Source: an uncultured Desulfobacter sp. (GTDB taxonomy: Bacteria > Desulfobacterota > Desulfobacteria > Desulfobacterales > Desulfobacteraceae). From it: DNA of 64,000 nucleotides. Each line of letters opens with the position of its first letter. The first letter of the stretch is position 1. Positions 8,732 to 18,623 of this stretch are shown piece by piece. The notes under the pieces are model-generated. The model was not told where the DNA came from and did no database searches. It was given only the letters and a program-made list of their open reading frames with translations. The translations under genes were made by a program, and so were the position numbers. The stretch is from the NCBI GenBank assembly GCA_963665095.1, contig OY762069.1, positions 4,192,001-4,256,000 on the forward strand, in the 5' to 3' direction.

Positions 8732-10990
8732 CTACCTTGCCCGGGCAGCAGCCTTGGGCGAAACTCTGAAGAACTGGGGGAGAAGCACCACAAGCACAAG
8801 CAGTGCCCCGGTCAGAATGACCGCCAGCTTGCTGGAGACCAGCAGCAGGCCGCCAATGGTTAAAATTGCCTTGCCCAGAGGCCCGATATCGGATTTAAAG
8901 TAACCGATATATGCGGCGGACAGGGCGATAACGCCAAGTATGCCGCTGATGATGGCTACGGTGAACTCCACAACGGAAAAATTGATGAACAGCATGCTCG
9001 GCGCGTAGACAAACATGAAGGGCACCAGGGCCTTGCCCATGGAGAGCCGGAAGGCGGTGGTGCCGGTACGCATGGGGTCTGCACCGCCAATGCCGGCCCC
9101 CGCATAGGCGGCCAGGGCCACAGGTGGGGTTACATCTGCCAGAACGCCGTAATAGAATACGAAAAAATGGGTGGCGATCAACGGCACCCCAAGGTTGTTC
9201 AGGGCCGGTCCGGCAATGGAGGCCAGGATGATATAGCAGGGGGTTGTGGGGATACCGGCCCCCATGACGATACAGGCCACAGCCACCATGATCAGGCCGA
9301 AAAACAGGGTGGCGCCGTCAGCGGGAATCAGCCCGAAGGGCACCAGGCCTGAAATAAAATTCCCGGCAGAGGTGGAGAGTTCCAGTACTGCACCGGAGAA
9401 TTTAAATCCCATGCCTGTGAGGGTCAAAACACCTAAAATAAATCCCACACAGGCGCAGGCCGCACCAATGGCCAGGGCGTATTTGGCGCCCTCATCCAGC
9501 CCCTTGGCAATTCTCCGGGGGGTCAGGGTTCGGGAGTCGTCCAGCTCACCAATGCCCAGCTTTTTGGTGAGGGGTGGAATCCAGGAACAGACCACGGTGA
9601 GGATAATGCCCCAGAAGGCAGCCAGATAGGGGGTGAACTGCATGAGCAGCAGGGCCACCATGACGGAAAGCGGGATCATCAGGTGCCAGGAAGTCTTCAG
9701 TACATGGGCAAACTGGGGAATCTTCTCCTTTGCCATGCCTTTCAGCCCCAGGCGTTTGGCCTCCAGGTGTACCATGGAAAATATGGCCAGGTAATGAAAC
9801 AGAGCCGGGATGATCGCAATAAGGATGATTTCGTTGTAGGGGACGCCCAGCATCTCCGTCATCACAAAGGCGGATGCGCCCATAATGGGCGGCGTGACCT
9901 GCCCCCCGCAGGAGGCAGAAGCCTCAACCGCCGAAGCAAACCGCGGGGTAAACCCGTTTTTCTTCATCATGGGAATGGTGAAGGACCCGGTGGTGGCGGT
10001 ATTGGCAATGGGGGAGCCGGAGATCATGCCGAAAAAACCGGAGGAAACCACCGATACCTTGGCCGGACCGCCTGAGTATTTGCCTGCCAGGATCATGGCA
10101 AGGTCAATGAAGAGCTGGCCAAGTCCGGACGCCTGGGCCATAACGCCGAAAAGCACAAAATGGAACACATAGGTGGCCACAACACCGACCGCCACGCCGT
10201 AGATACCTTCGGTGCCCAGATACAGGTGCTCCACGATCCGGATAATGTCATATCCCCTGTGGGCCAGGACGCCTGGAAGATGGGGGCCAAGCACCGCGTA
10301 AAGCAGGGACAGCGCACCAATGGTGGGCAGGGTGTTTCCCATGACCCGCCGGCACGCCTCGGTGACCATGATGATGGCCAGAAGTCCCATGAGATATTCA
10401 GGCAGGGTGGGGAACCCGATGTTGACAATAAAAATCTTTTTAAAGAATACAATCAGGTACAGAGAAATGCCGCCGGCGGCAATGGCCAGGGGCCAGTCTG
10501 CAAAAGAGAGTTTGTCACCCTGTCCGCCAAACTGTTTGATGGGCAAGGCGGTGAGGGCCACAAAGAAAATTAAGGCCAAAAGCCCGATCTCCCCTGCCAG
10601 GGGAAGTTCATCCGCAAACCGGGAACTGAGCTGCCACCCTAAGAAGAGGTAGAATGCCGCAAAACACAAGCTGAAAATCCAGTCCGTAACAAGTTTCCTG
10701 GGCTGCCGCCGGGGAAAAATTAAAAAAACCAGACCCAGAACCATTGTCAGATGTACGGTCCGGTGCATCACTTCATTCAGCAGCCCAAACCCGGCGGTAT
10801 ATACATGGAAAAGACTTAAGGCAATACAGACAGCCCCGGCAATCTTTGCAGTGATCCCGGAAAGATTTCTGAAATTGGACTCAGCATCATATTTTTTTAC
10901 AATGGCCTCTACCTGTGATGCATCCACCTCATCCGGGGCATTATCATCTTCAAATGCCTGCCGGGTTTGGCGCTCTTCAGTTACATTCAT
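8732..10990 (-). CDS. TRAP transporter fused 4TM/12TM permease (TAXI type)
   Basis: GGPAKVSVVSS, EASASCGGQVTPPIMGASAF and ADVTPPVALAAY motifs. Confidence 0.95.
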   Translation of the reverse strand: MNVTEERQTRQAFEDDNAPDEVDASQVEAIVKKYDAESNFRNLSGITAKIAGAVCIALSLFHVYTAGFGLLNEVMHRTVHLTMVLGLVFLIFPRRQPRKLVTDWIFSLCFAAFYLFLGWQLSSRFADELPLAGEIGLLALIFFVALTALPIKQFGGQGDKLSFADWPLAIAAGGISLYLIVFFKKIFIVNIGFPTLPEYLMGLLAIIMVTEACRRVMGNTLPTIGALSLLYAVLGPHLPGVLAHRGYDIIRIVEHLYLGTEGIYGVAVGVVATYVFHFVLFGVMAQASGLGQLFIDLAMILAGKYSGGPAKVSVVSSGFFGMISGSPIANTATTGSFTIPMMKKNGFTPRFASAVEASASCGGQVTPPIMGASAFVMTEMLGVPYNEIILIAIIPALFHYLAIFSMVHLEAKRLGLKGMAKEKIPQFAHVLKTSWHLMIPLSVMVALLLMQFTPYLAAFWGIILTVVCSWIPPLTKKLGIGELDDSRTLTPRRIAKGLDEGAKYALAIGAACACVGFILGVLTLTGMGFKFSGAVLELSTSAGNFISGLVPFGLIPADGATLFFGLIMVAVACIVMGAGIPTTPCYIILASIAGPALNNLGVPLIATHFFVFYYGVLADVTPPVALAAYAGAGIGGADPMRTGTTAFRLSMGKALVPFMFVYAPSMLFINFSVVEFTVAIISGILGVIALSAAYIGYFKSDIGPLGKAILTIGGLLLVSSKLAVILTGALLVLVVLLPQFFRVSPKAAARAR

Positions 10991-11015
10991 TAATAATCCT
11001 CATTTCAACTGGGGG

Positions 11016-11483
11016 TTACTCAATATATAACAACAGGGCCTGGTCCTCCCACTGGTTCAGGTCAATGGTCCGGCCCTGGACAATGAGCCGGTTTTCATAA
11101 TTTTTATCCGTCCGCACCACCAGTTTGGGGATGGGCCGCTCCATATACAGAACAAACTGGGAGCCCTGTTTCTCCCATTTAATCCCGCCCGGCTCATCAG
11201 GGCTTGAGGGCAGCCCCGCCCCGTGGGCGGAGAAATACTCCCGGGTCTGGACAATATCGGTTCCCCGGACATCATACAGATCAATCACCCTGGTTTTGGA
11301 CACAGAGTGAATAAAGGAAAGAGAAAACTTTTGCCCGCTCCCCAGAGGAACCCGGAGCAGGATATCATTTCCCGGAAAGGTGGATATCACCATCTGGCCG
11401 GCCGCCAGGGCCGCTACCGGAAAAAGAGAGACTGCCGGCAAGACCCACAGCCAGGCCGGCAGACGTGTAATCAAATATCTCAA
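11016..11483 (-). CDS. DUF1850 family protein (TAXI-TRAP accessory)
   Basis: FIHSVSKT and HGAGLP motifs. Located between the TAXI SBP and the permease. Confidence 0.85.
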   Translation of the reverse strand: MRYLITRLPAWLWVLPAVSLFPVAALAAGQMVISTFPGNDILLRVPLGSGQKFSLSFIHSVSKTRVIDLYDVRGTDIVQTREYFSAHGAGLPSSPDEPGGIKWEKQGSQFVLYMERPIPKLVVRTDKNYENRLIVQGRTIDLNQWEDQALLLYIE

Positions 11484-11484
11484 A

Positions 11485-12459
11485 CTATTTGATCAGGCCT
11501 TTTTCACGGTAGTACTTCTCTGCACCCGGATGAAGCGGAATGGAAACCGACTCAAGGGCCTTATCAAGTGAAATCTCCTTGCCTTTCACATGGACCTTTG
11601 CCAGGGTCTCAGTATTCTCATACAGAGCTTTGACCACATTATAGGCAATGGTATCGTCCAGTTTGTCATGGGTGGCCCAGATGGCTCTCACGGCAATGGT
11701 CCGGACTTCTTCGGTCTGACCTTTATATGTGTCTGCCGGGAGAATAACACTGGCATAGTAAGGCTGAACCTTCTGCAGTGCCTTGATGGGATCGCCTGTC
11801 AGGGGAAGAATCATGATATCATGGTGGTTGGCAAGCTCAAGAACAGACGCCGTAGGGGTACCTGCGGTTATCAGGGATGCATCCAGGTTGCCGTCTTTAA
11901 TTTTTTCGACGGACTGGGTAAAAGAGGAGTAATCCTCTTTGATATCTGTCTTGCGGTCCATACCGTAAACATCCAAAAGATCACCCAGCAACTGCCACTG
12001 GCCGGAACCGGGTGAACCGGAGGAGATGGATTTGCCTTTAAGGTCGGTGAAGCGCTTAACGCCGGCATTGGCCCTTACAACCAGCTGAACCGTTTCCGGA
12101 TATAGGGCACCCAGGGCCCGCAGGTTTTTAAGATTTTTACCTTCAAACTGCTTGGTACCTTTATAGGCAGCATCCAGAATATCCGCTGCCACAAATGCAG
12201 ACTCAATGCCGTTGCGGCTTAACAGCGTGGCATTGGCCACTGAAGCATTCCCGGTTTCTGCGGTGGCAGACAGTTTTTTACCGTCAATGACAACCTTGTT
12301 TGAGATCATCTGAGCCAGCATACCGCCCAGGGGATAGTAGGTGCCGCCGGTACCGCCGGTGGCAATACCGAAAAAGATTCTGTCCGCTGCAGCGGCCTGG
12401 GATGAAAACAGACAGACTGCCAGAAACAGGGTTGAAACAAGCCAAGTAACTTTTTTCAT
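11485..12459 (-). CDS. TAXI family TRAP solute-binding protein
   Basis: Signal peptide, IATGGTGGTYYPLG motif and C-terminal PLHPGAEKYYRE. Confidence 0.95.
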   Translation of the reverse strand: MKKVTWLVSTLFLAVCLFSSQAAAADRIFFGIATGGTGGTYYPLGGMLAQMISNKVVIDGKKLSATAETGNASVANATLLSRNGIESAFVAADILDAAYKGTKQFEGKNLKNLRALGALYPETVQLVVRANAGVKRFTDLKGKSISSGSPGSGQWQLLGDLLDVYGMDRKTDIKEDYSSFTQSVEKIKDGNLDASLITAGTPTASVLELANHHDIMILPLTGDPIKALQKVQPYYASVILPADTYKGQTEEVRTIAVRAIWATHDKLDDTIAYNVVKALYENTETLAKVHVKGKEISLDKALESVSIPLHPGAEKYYREKGLIK

Positions 12460-12782
12460 GAAAACTTCCTCCTTTTCTCACAATAAATATCCCGGAGTAA
12501 AACCTGTTTTTAATCCGGAAAGCTTTAATTTTTTTTTACGCATCTGGTACTCGGTTGGACCGCATTGGACAGGCTTTAGCGGCATTAAAGCCGAACATTA
12601 TCATGTTTCGGACCCAAGGTTCAACCAGGAGGGCCTTTTTCCAGATACAAAGACCCGGGTACAACCCCCAAGGCATTGCGCTTCTGGCCTGTTTTCTGCT
12701 ATTAAGTATATATATTGCGTATCTATGACACAACCGGATTCACCGGCGGGTTCAAACGGCATCAATAACAGATAAATTTTCA

Positions 12783-13886
12783 GTGGACATGACAGCTCAA
12801 ACATCTCTTATCCGACAATTTACGGATCAGGTGCTCAGCACCGTTCAGGAGCACAACATGATCGCTCCCGGCCACAGGGTATTGATCGGATTATCCGGAG
12901 GGCCGGATTCCATGGCCCTGGTTCAGGCATTGATGTGCCTGAAAAAGGACCTGAACATTCATCTGGGACTGGCCCATCTCAACCACATGCTGCGGGGACG
13001 TGACGCCCTGGCGGACGAATCCTTTGTGCGAAAGTTTGCCCGGCAGACCTGCCTGGATCTGGTGGTGGAGACTCGGGATGTAAAAACACTGGCTAAAAAA
13101 GAAAAGAGCTCCATTGAAGAGGCGGGACGCAACGCCAGGTACGAATTTTTCAACCGGACCGCGGACCGGCATCAATTTGACCGGGTTGCTCTGGGCCACA
13201 ACCGGGATGATCATGTGGAGCAGATCCTGATGAACCTGGTCCGGGGAGCCGGCCCCCGGGGATTGCGGGGCATCCCCCCCACACGTGAAGAACGGTTTAT
13301 CCGCCCCCTGATCACCACGCCGAGATCCGACATTGTTGCGTTTCTTGAACAGGTCAGCCAGGACTATGTCACAGATGCATCCAATGAAGACCCTGCCTAC
13401 CTTCGAAACCGGGTGCGTCATCATCTGATTCCGTTTCTGGAAAAGGAGTTCAACCCGGATATAAAAACCGGACTGGCCCGACTCGCCAGTATCATTGCCC
13501 TGGAGGATAATTTTCTGAACCAGATGACTCAAAATGCACTGGAAAGCGTGGTTGCGGACCGGCAACCCGGCCGGATCGACCTTTATGCCGGCAAACTTGC
13601 CGATCTGGACCCGGCACTGGCTGCGCGGGTAATCCGGGAAGGTCTTTTTGTAGTTAAAAAGGATCTGAGACGGATTTCCCATACCCATATCCTGGATATC
13701 CTTACTTTTGCACGGAAAAAAACATCATCAGGAAAAAGCCTGGATCTGCCCGGACAAATCCGGGTATACCGGCAAGGGGATCTTCTTTGTATTAAAAAGG
13801 AAATAACAGACCTGCGAACCCTTGGCAGGCAGACCAAGAAGAGCAGAGAAGCAACGGCCAGACAGGAGCAAAACCTTTCCATATAA
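12783..13886 (+). CDS. tilS: tRNA(Ile)-lysidine synthetase
   Basis: SGGPDS PP-loop, ARYEFF, GHNRDD and RNRVR motifs. Lies upstream of ftsH. The start may be 12789. Confidence 0.95.
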   Translation: MDMTAQTSLIRQFTDQVLSTVQEHNMIAPGHRVLIGLSGGPDSMALVQALMCLKKDLNIHLGLAHLNHMLRGRDALADESFVRKFARQTCLDLVVETRDVKTLAKKEKSSIEEAGRNARYEFFNRTADRHQFDRVALGHNRDDHVEQILMNLVRGAGPRGLRGIPPTREERFIRPLITTPRSDIVAFLEQVSQDYVTDASNEDPAYLRNRVRHHLIPFLEKEFNPDIKTGLARLASIIALEDNFLNQMTQNALESVVADRQPGRIDLYAGKLADLDPALAARVIREGLFVVKKDLRRISHTHILDILTFARKKTSSGKSLDLPGQIRVYRQGDLLCIKKEITDLRTLGRQTKKSREATARQEQNLSI

Positions 13887-13960
13887 CCCTTGTATAAAAT
13901 TAATTTATGTTTATATATAGACAGTAACGTTTTTTGCCTAAACATTTGAGAGGAAATACA

Positions 13961-15979
13961 TTGAATCAATTCTATAAAAATATCTCCCTGTGGCTGGTGA
14001 TCGTTCTGATGTTTGTCATGCTGTACAACATTTTCAACCAGCAGCAGGGCGGCCAGGCTGAAATCGGGTATTCGGAGCTCCTGTCCCTTGTGGAGGACGG
14101 CCGTGTACAGAATGTAGTAATCCAGGGCCGGGATCTGACGATTACAGATTCCAGCGGTGCTAAATTCAACTCCTACGCCCCGGATGACGCGCATCTGATT
14201 GACACCCTGCGTAAAAACGGCGTGGCCATCAAGGCGAAACCTCCGGCTGAATCTTCCTGGTTTATGTCCATTGTTGTTTCCTGGCTGCCCATGATCGTAC
14301 TCATCGGGGTGTGGATTTTCTTCATGCGTCAGATGCAGGGTGGCGGCGGCGGCGGGAAAGCTCTCTCGTTCGGCAAAAGCCGGGCACGACTGATGGATGA
14401 CAAGGGAGAAAAAGTCACCTTTGCCAATGTCCAGGGCATTGATGAGGCCAAGGAAGAGCTCACCGAGGTGGTGGATTTTTTGAAAAATCCCAATAAATAT
14501 ACCCGTCTGGGCGGCCGCATCCCCAAGGGTGTCCTTCTGGTGGGAAATCCCGGAACCGGTAAAACCCTTTTGTCCCGGGCCGTGGCCGGGGAAGCAGGGG
14601 TTCCGTTTTTCACTATTTCAGGTTCTGATTTTGTTGAAATGTTTGTGGGGGTGGGCGCATCCCGGGTGAGGGATCTCTTTGCCCAGGGAAAGAAAAACGC
14701 ACCATGCATCATATTTATTGACGAAATTGACGCAGTGGGTCGGCAGAGAGGCGCCGGACTTGGCGGAGGACATGATGAACGGGAGCAGACCCTGAACCAG
14801 CTTCTGGTGGAGATGGACGGGTTTGAGTCCAATGAAGGCGTCATTCTTATGGCAGCCACCAACCGGGCTGATGTCCTTGATCCGGCACTGCTGCGCCCGG
14901 GTCGTTTTGACCGCCAGGTGGTGGTGGACATGCCCGATATCAGAGGGCGTGAAGGTATCTTACGGGTACACATGAAAAAATGCCCTCTGGCTGAGGATGT
15001 GAACCCGACCCTTCTTGCCAAGGGAACACCGGGATTTTCCGGTGCCGACCTTGAAAATCTGTGCAATGAAGCAGCTCTTCTGGCTGCCAAGCGCAACCAT
15101 GAAAAACTGTCCATGCGCGACTTTGAAGATGCCAAGGACAAGGTTTACATGGGTCTGGAAAGAAAATCCAAGGTACTCAAGGAAGAAGAGAAAAGGACAA
15201 CCGCCTACCACGAGGGAGGCCATGCCCTGGTGGCCCGTTTTCTGCCCAACACCGATGCCGTAAACAAGATCACCATCATCCCCAGAGGAAGGGCCGCCGG
15301 TGTTACCTGGTTTCTGCCCGAAGAGGGGGATTTCAAATATAAAGATCAGCTGGAAAACGAACTGGCCATTGCCTTTGGCGGACGGGTGGCAGAAGAAATT
15401 ATTTTCAAACGAATCTCCACGGGTGCCTCCAATGACATCAAACAGGCCACCAAACTTGCCAACCGCATGATCAGAAGCTTTGGCATGAGCGACAACCTAG
15501 CCCCGGTATCCTATGAGGAGCATGACGACAATATCTTCATCGGCCGGGAGATGACCCAGGCCAAAGGGTACTCTGAAGCCACCGCCCAGAAGATTGATGC
15601 GGAAGTGGCCGGCGCGATCAGCCGTGCCTATGACACGGCCAAGGCCATTCTAAAGGAGAACATCGACATTCTTCACGCCCTGACGGATCTTCTCCTGGAA
15701 GAGGAGACTGTTATGGGACCTGAACTGGACGACCTGATTGCAAAGCTGCGGCCTGATTTTGATTTCTTTGGCCGCCGCAATGTCCGCACCGAACCGGAGC
15801 CGCCACCGGCAGATGATCAAGACCACGACCAGCGCCCTGAGCCCGTTGTAGAACCTGAAGTCAGCCTGGACGAATCTGAAGAGGGCAAGGATGATAATCC
15901 TGAATATAAGGACTCTCAGCAGTCCCCTGATGAGACGGATACGGAAAGCAGGGCATCTGAAAAAAAAGATGATGAATAA
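13961..15979 (+). CDS. ftsH: ATP-dependent zinc metalloprotease FtsH
   Basis: Two TM segments, Walker [22 protein letters not shown] and HEGGH. TTG start after GAGAGG. Confidence 0.98.
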   Translation: MNQFYKNISLWLVIVLMFVMLYNIFNQQQGGQAEIGYSELLSLVEDGRVQNVVIQGRDLTITDSSGAKFNSYAPDDAHLIDTLRKNGVAIKAKPPAESSWFMSIVVSWLPMIVLIGVWIFFMRQMQGGGGGGKALSFGKSRARLMDDKGEKVTFANVQGIDEAKEELTEVVDFLKNPNKYTRLGGRIPKGVLLVGNPGTGKTLLSRAVAGEAGVPFFTISGSDFVEMFVGVGASRVRDLFAQGKKNAPCIIFIDEIDAVGRQRGAGLGGGHDEREQTLNQLLVEMDGFESNEGVILMAATNRADVLDPALLRPGRFDRQVVVDMPDIRGREGILRVHMKKCPLAEDVNPTLLAKGTPGFSGADLENLCNEAALLAAKRNHEKLSMRDFEDAKDKVYMGLERKSKVLKEEEKRTTAYHEGGHALVARFLPNTDAVNKITIIPRGRAAGVTWFLPEEGDFKYKDQLENELAIAFGGRVAEEIIFKRISTGASNDIKQATKLANRMIRSFGMSDNLAPVSYEEHDDNIFIGREMTQAKGYSEATAQKIDAEVAGAISRAYDTAKAILKENIDILHALTDLLLEEETVMGPELDDLIAKLRPDFDFFGRRNVRTEPEPPPADDQDHDQRPEPVVEPEVSLDESEEGKDDNPEYKDSQQSPDETDTESRASEKKDDE

Positions 15980-16015
15980 TACCTTTAATGCCCCTGACGG
16001 CACCCGGAGACTGAT

Positions 16016-16888
16016 TTGACCACAACCTCTTTTACACTTGAATTCGGCCGTTTTACCCTGGACCTGGGCAACCGGGCCTGCATCATGGGCATTTTAAACA
16101 CCACGCCGGATTCCTTTTCAGACGGGGGGGAATATACCACCCTGGAAAAGGCCCTGACCCGGGCGGAGGAGATGGTGGCTGCAGGCGCTCACATCCTGGA
16201 TATCGGCGGTGAATCCTCAAGGCCCTTTTCCGAGCCGGTGAGTGAACAGGAGGAGCTGGACCGCACCATACCCGTGATTGAGGCCATTTCCCGCCGTATT
16301 GAGATCCCCATCTCCATTGACACTGTGAAAGCGGTGGTGGCTAGGGAGGCCATTGCAGCAGGCGGGGCCATCATCAACGATATCTCTGCATTTGAAAAAG
16401 ACCCGGCCATGGTGGATGTGGCAGTTGAAACAGGGGTGCCATCCATTCTCATGCACATGAAAGGCACGCCTGAAACCATGCAGGTCAATCCCAGCTATGA
16501 CGATCTCATGGGGGAAATTCTCTCCTACCTGAAAGCCCGGGTGGACTTTGTCCTGGAAAAGGGTGTGGCAAAGGATAAGATCATTCTGGATCCGGGCATT
16601 GGATTCGGCAAAACCGTAGCCCACAACCTGGTGTTGATCAAAGAGCTCCACCAGCTGCTGGCCATGGGGTATCCTGTCCTCATGGGACCGTCCAGGAAAT
16701 CTTTTATCCAGAAAGTACTGGCCGATGCCACCGGAAAAGAGAGCGGCCCCAAATCCAGTGGCACTGAATACGGTACCCTTGCCGCCTGCGCCGCATCCCT
16801 CATGAACGGCGCGCACATTATCCGGGTGCATGATGTTGAAACGGTGTGTGCATTTACCCACATCATTGACGCCATCAGGAATGCCTGA
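16016..16888 (+). CDS. folP: Dihydropteroate synthase
   Basis: GILNTTPDSFSDGG, DPGIGFGK, SRKSF and IRVHDV motifs. Confidence 0.97.
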   Translation: MTTTSFTLEFGRFTLDLGNRACIMGILNTTPDSFSDGGEYTTLEKALTRAEEMVAAGAHILDIGGESSRPFSEPVSEQEELDRTIPVIEAISRRIEIPISIDTVKAVVAREAIAAGGAIINDISAFEKDPAMVDVAVETGVPSILMHMKGTPETMQVNPSYDDLMGEILSYLKARVDFVLEKGVAKDKIILDPGIGFGKTVAHNLVLIKELHQLLAMGYPVLMGPSRKSFIQKVLADATGKESGPKSSGTEYGTLAACAASLMNGAHIIRVHDVETVCAFTHIIDAIRNA

Positions 16889-17828
16889 CCTTAAACAGAT
16901 ATGTATATTTTTCAGCCGGCTGGTTCTGCCGGCAGTTTTTATATTTATTTTGCCTGGATGTACAGAAGACCCGGTGGAGACCGATCTCCTGCTGCCTGTG
17001 GATTTTGCCAATGTCCCGGAGGACATGGTCCTTACCAAATTTCACCACGATAAAATCGAAATCCGGATCAAGGGCCGTCCGGGCCGTATTGCAAAAATCA
17101 ACAAAGAACATCTGGTTTATCCGGCAGATATATACACGGATCTGGCCTTTGATCCGGCTGGCGGCACAGATGCCATTGAACCGGGCAGGTATCTGCTGCC
17201 TGTGGACAAAACCCGGATTCCTCTAGGCTCCTCTGTTTCCATTATCAGCATTACTCCGTCCTATCTCAGTGTTCACCTCGAAAGGAAAATCACCAGGGTC
17301 TTTAAAGTAAATGCTCCGCTGACCGGCGAAGCAGCTGATGGCTATATGGCCCTGGCACCGGTCTGCGAGCCAGGCACTGTGGCCCTTACCGGAATGGAAT
17401 CCCTGATCAGCAGGATTGAGCAGCTCCAGACCAAGCCCGTTGACTTAAGTCATGCCAATGAGGATTTTAAAAAAGAGGTGCCTCTGGACCTTGAACACCC
17501 GGAATTATTCACCCCTGCCCAGTCCATATTTGTGGTATCGGTACCGGTCCGACCCCGGCCAGGCACCAGGACCATTGCCCGGATCCCCATTGAACTGCGC
17601 AACAGCCCGGGTAATAAGGCCAGTGTGGAACCCGCAACTATATCCATTGACCTGAAAGGCTCCCAGGAGGATTTGAATAATATGGCACTGACAGAAAAAA
17701 TTTACGCATTCATGGATCTTTCAGGACTCAAGCCCGGGGTCTATGCCCGGCATGCCTATATTGACATCCCTGTGGAACTGGTCATGATCAATGCCTCTCC
17801 CCGGGTATTTACCGTTAAAATTAAATAA
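16881..17828 (+). CDS. CdaR/YbbR-like repeat protein
   Basis: Repeated beta-rich YbbR-like units (P..V.L.G, A.MDLSGLKPG). Hydrophobic N-terminus ending LPGC. Located after folP. Confidence 0.75.
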   Translation: MPDLKQICIFFSRLVLPAVFIFILPGCTEDPVETDLLLPVDFANVPEDMVLTKFHHDKIEIRIKGRPGRIAKINKEHLVYPADIYTDLAFDPAGGTDAIEPGRYLLPVDKTRIPLGSSVSIISITPSYLSVHLERKITRVFKVNAPLTGEAADGYMALAPVCEPGTVALTGMESLISRIEQLQTKPVDLSHANEDFKKEVPLDLEHPELFTPAQSIFVVSVPVRPRPGTRTIARIPIELRNSPGNKASVEPATISIDLKGSQEDLNNMALTEKIYAFMDLSGLKPGVYARHAYIDIPVELVMINASPRVFTVKIK

Positions 17829-17855
17829 TTCTGACTCTAAAGGAGACAAAATATT

Positions 17856-18623
17856 ATGCTGCTGGTCATTGATGTGGGAAATACAAATACCGTCATGGGT
17901 GTGTATGAGAATGAAATTCTTAAACAGGACTGGCGCATCAGAACCATCCGGGAGACCACAGCAGATGAATTCAATATCCTGGCCCGGGCACTGTTCGCGG
18001 ACAGAGGTATTCATCTCACAGATATATCCAAAACCGTTATCTCTTCGGTGGTGCCCTCTTCAGTGAGAATTCTGAACGATTTCTGTGAACGCTATCTGGG
18101 CATGACGCCTCTATGGATCAACCCGGCATCGGTAAAGACCCTGATGCCCATCCTCTATTCCAACCCCAATGAGGTGGGGGCGGACCGTATTGTCAATGCT
18201 GTGGCAGCCTATGAAAAATACAAAAAGGCACTGATTATCATTGATTTTGGCACGGCGACCACCTTTGACGCCATCACGAAAAAAGGGGAATACCTCGGGG
18301 GCGCCATCTGCCCTGGCGTGATGATTTCAGCCGAGGCCCTGTTCCAGAGGGCATCCCGGCTTCCAAGGGTGGAAATATTCAAAGCCCCGGAACGGGTGAT
18401 CGGGAATGATACCATTGAGAGCATTAAATCCGGTATCATTCACGGCAATGCCGCCATGGTGGACGGCATGGTGGCCCGGATGAATCGGGAGATGAAAACG
18501 GTTCCCCTGGTTATTGCCACAGGCGGCCTTGCCCCGCTCATCGGTGAAGCGTCCGAGACCATTGAAATTGTAGATCAGGCATTAACTCTGGACGGACTGA
18601 AAATCATCAGCCGGGCTATTTAG
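17856..18623 (+). CDS. coaX: Type III pantothenate kinase
   Basis: IDVGNTNT, GADR, DFGTATT and IATGGLA motifs. Confidence 0.97.
   Translation: MLLVIDVGNTNTVMGVYENEILKQDWRIRTIRETTADEFNILARALFADRGIHLTDISKTVISSVVPSSVRILNDFCERYLGMTPLWINPASVKTLMPILYSNPNEVGADRIVNAVAAYEKYKKALIIIDFGTATTFDAITKKGEYLGGAICPGVMISAEALFQRASRLPRVEIFKAPERVIGNDTIESIKSGIIHGNAAMVDGMVARMNREMKTVPLVIATGGLAPLIGEASETIEIVDQALTLDGLKIISRAI

Noticed and set aside
12540..12700. GC-richer intergenic segment with GGTTGAACCTTGGGT, faintly like 6S RNA or a riboswitch
   Set aside because: I could not build a convincing structure or match a known consensus; it needs an Rfam scan.
14329..15141. Long antisense ORFs (also 12891-13688, 16217-17038, 31091-31870, 62961-63902)
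   Set aside because: Shadows of well-supported genes, with no motifs of their own.
15780..15979. Acidic low-complexity FtsH tail
   Set aside because: Variable disordered tails are common in FtsH.
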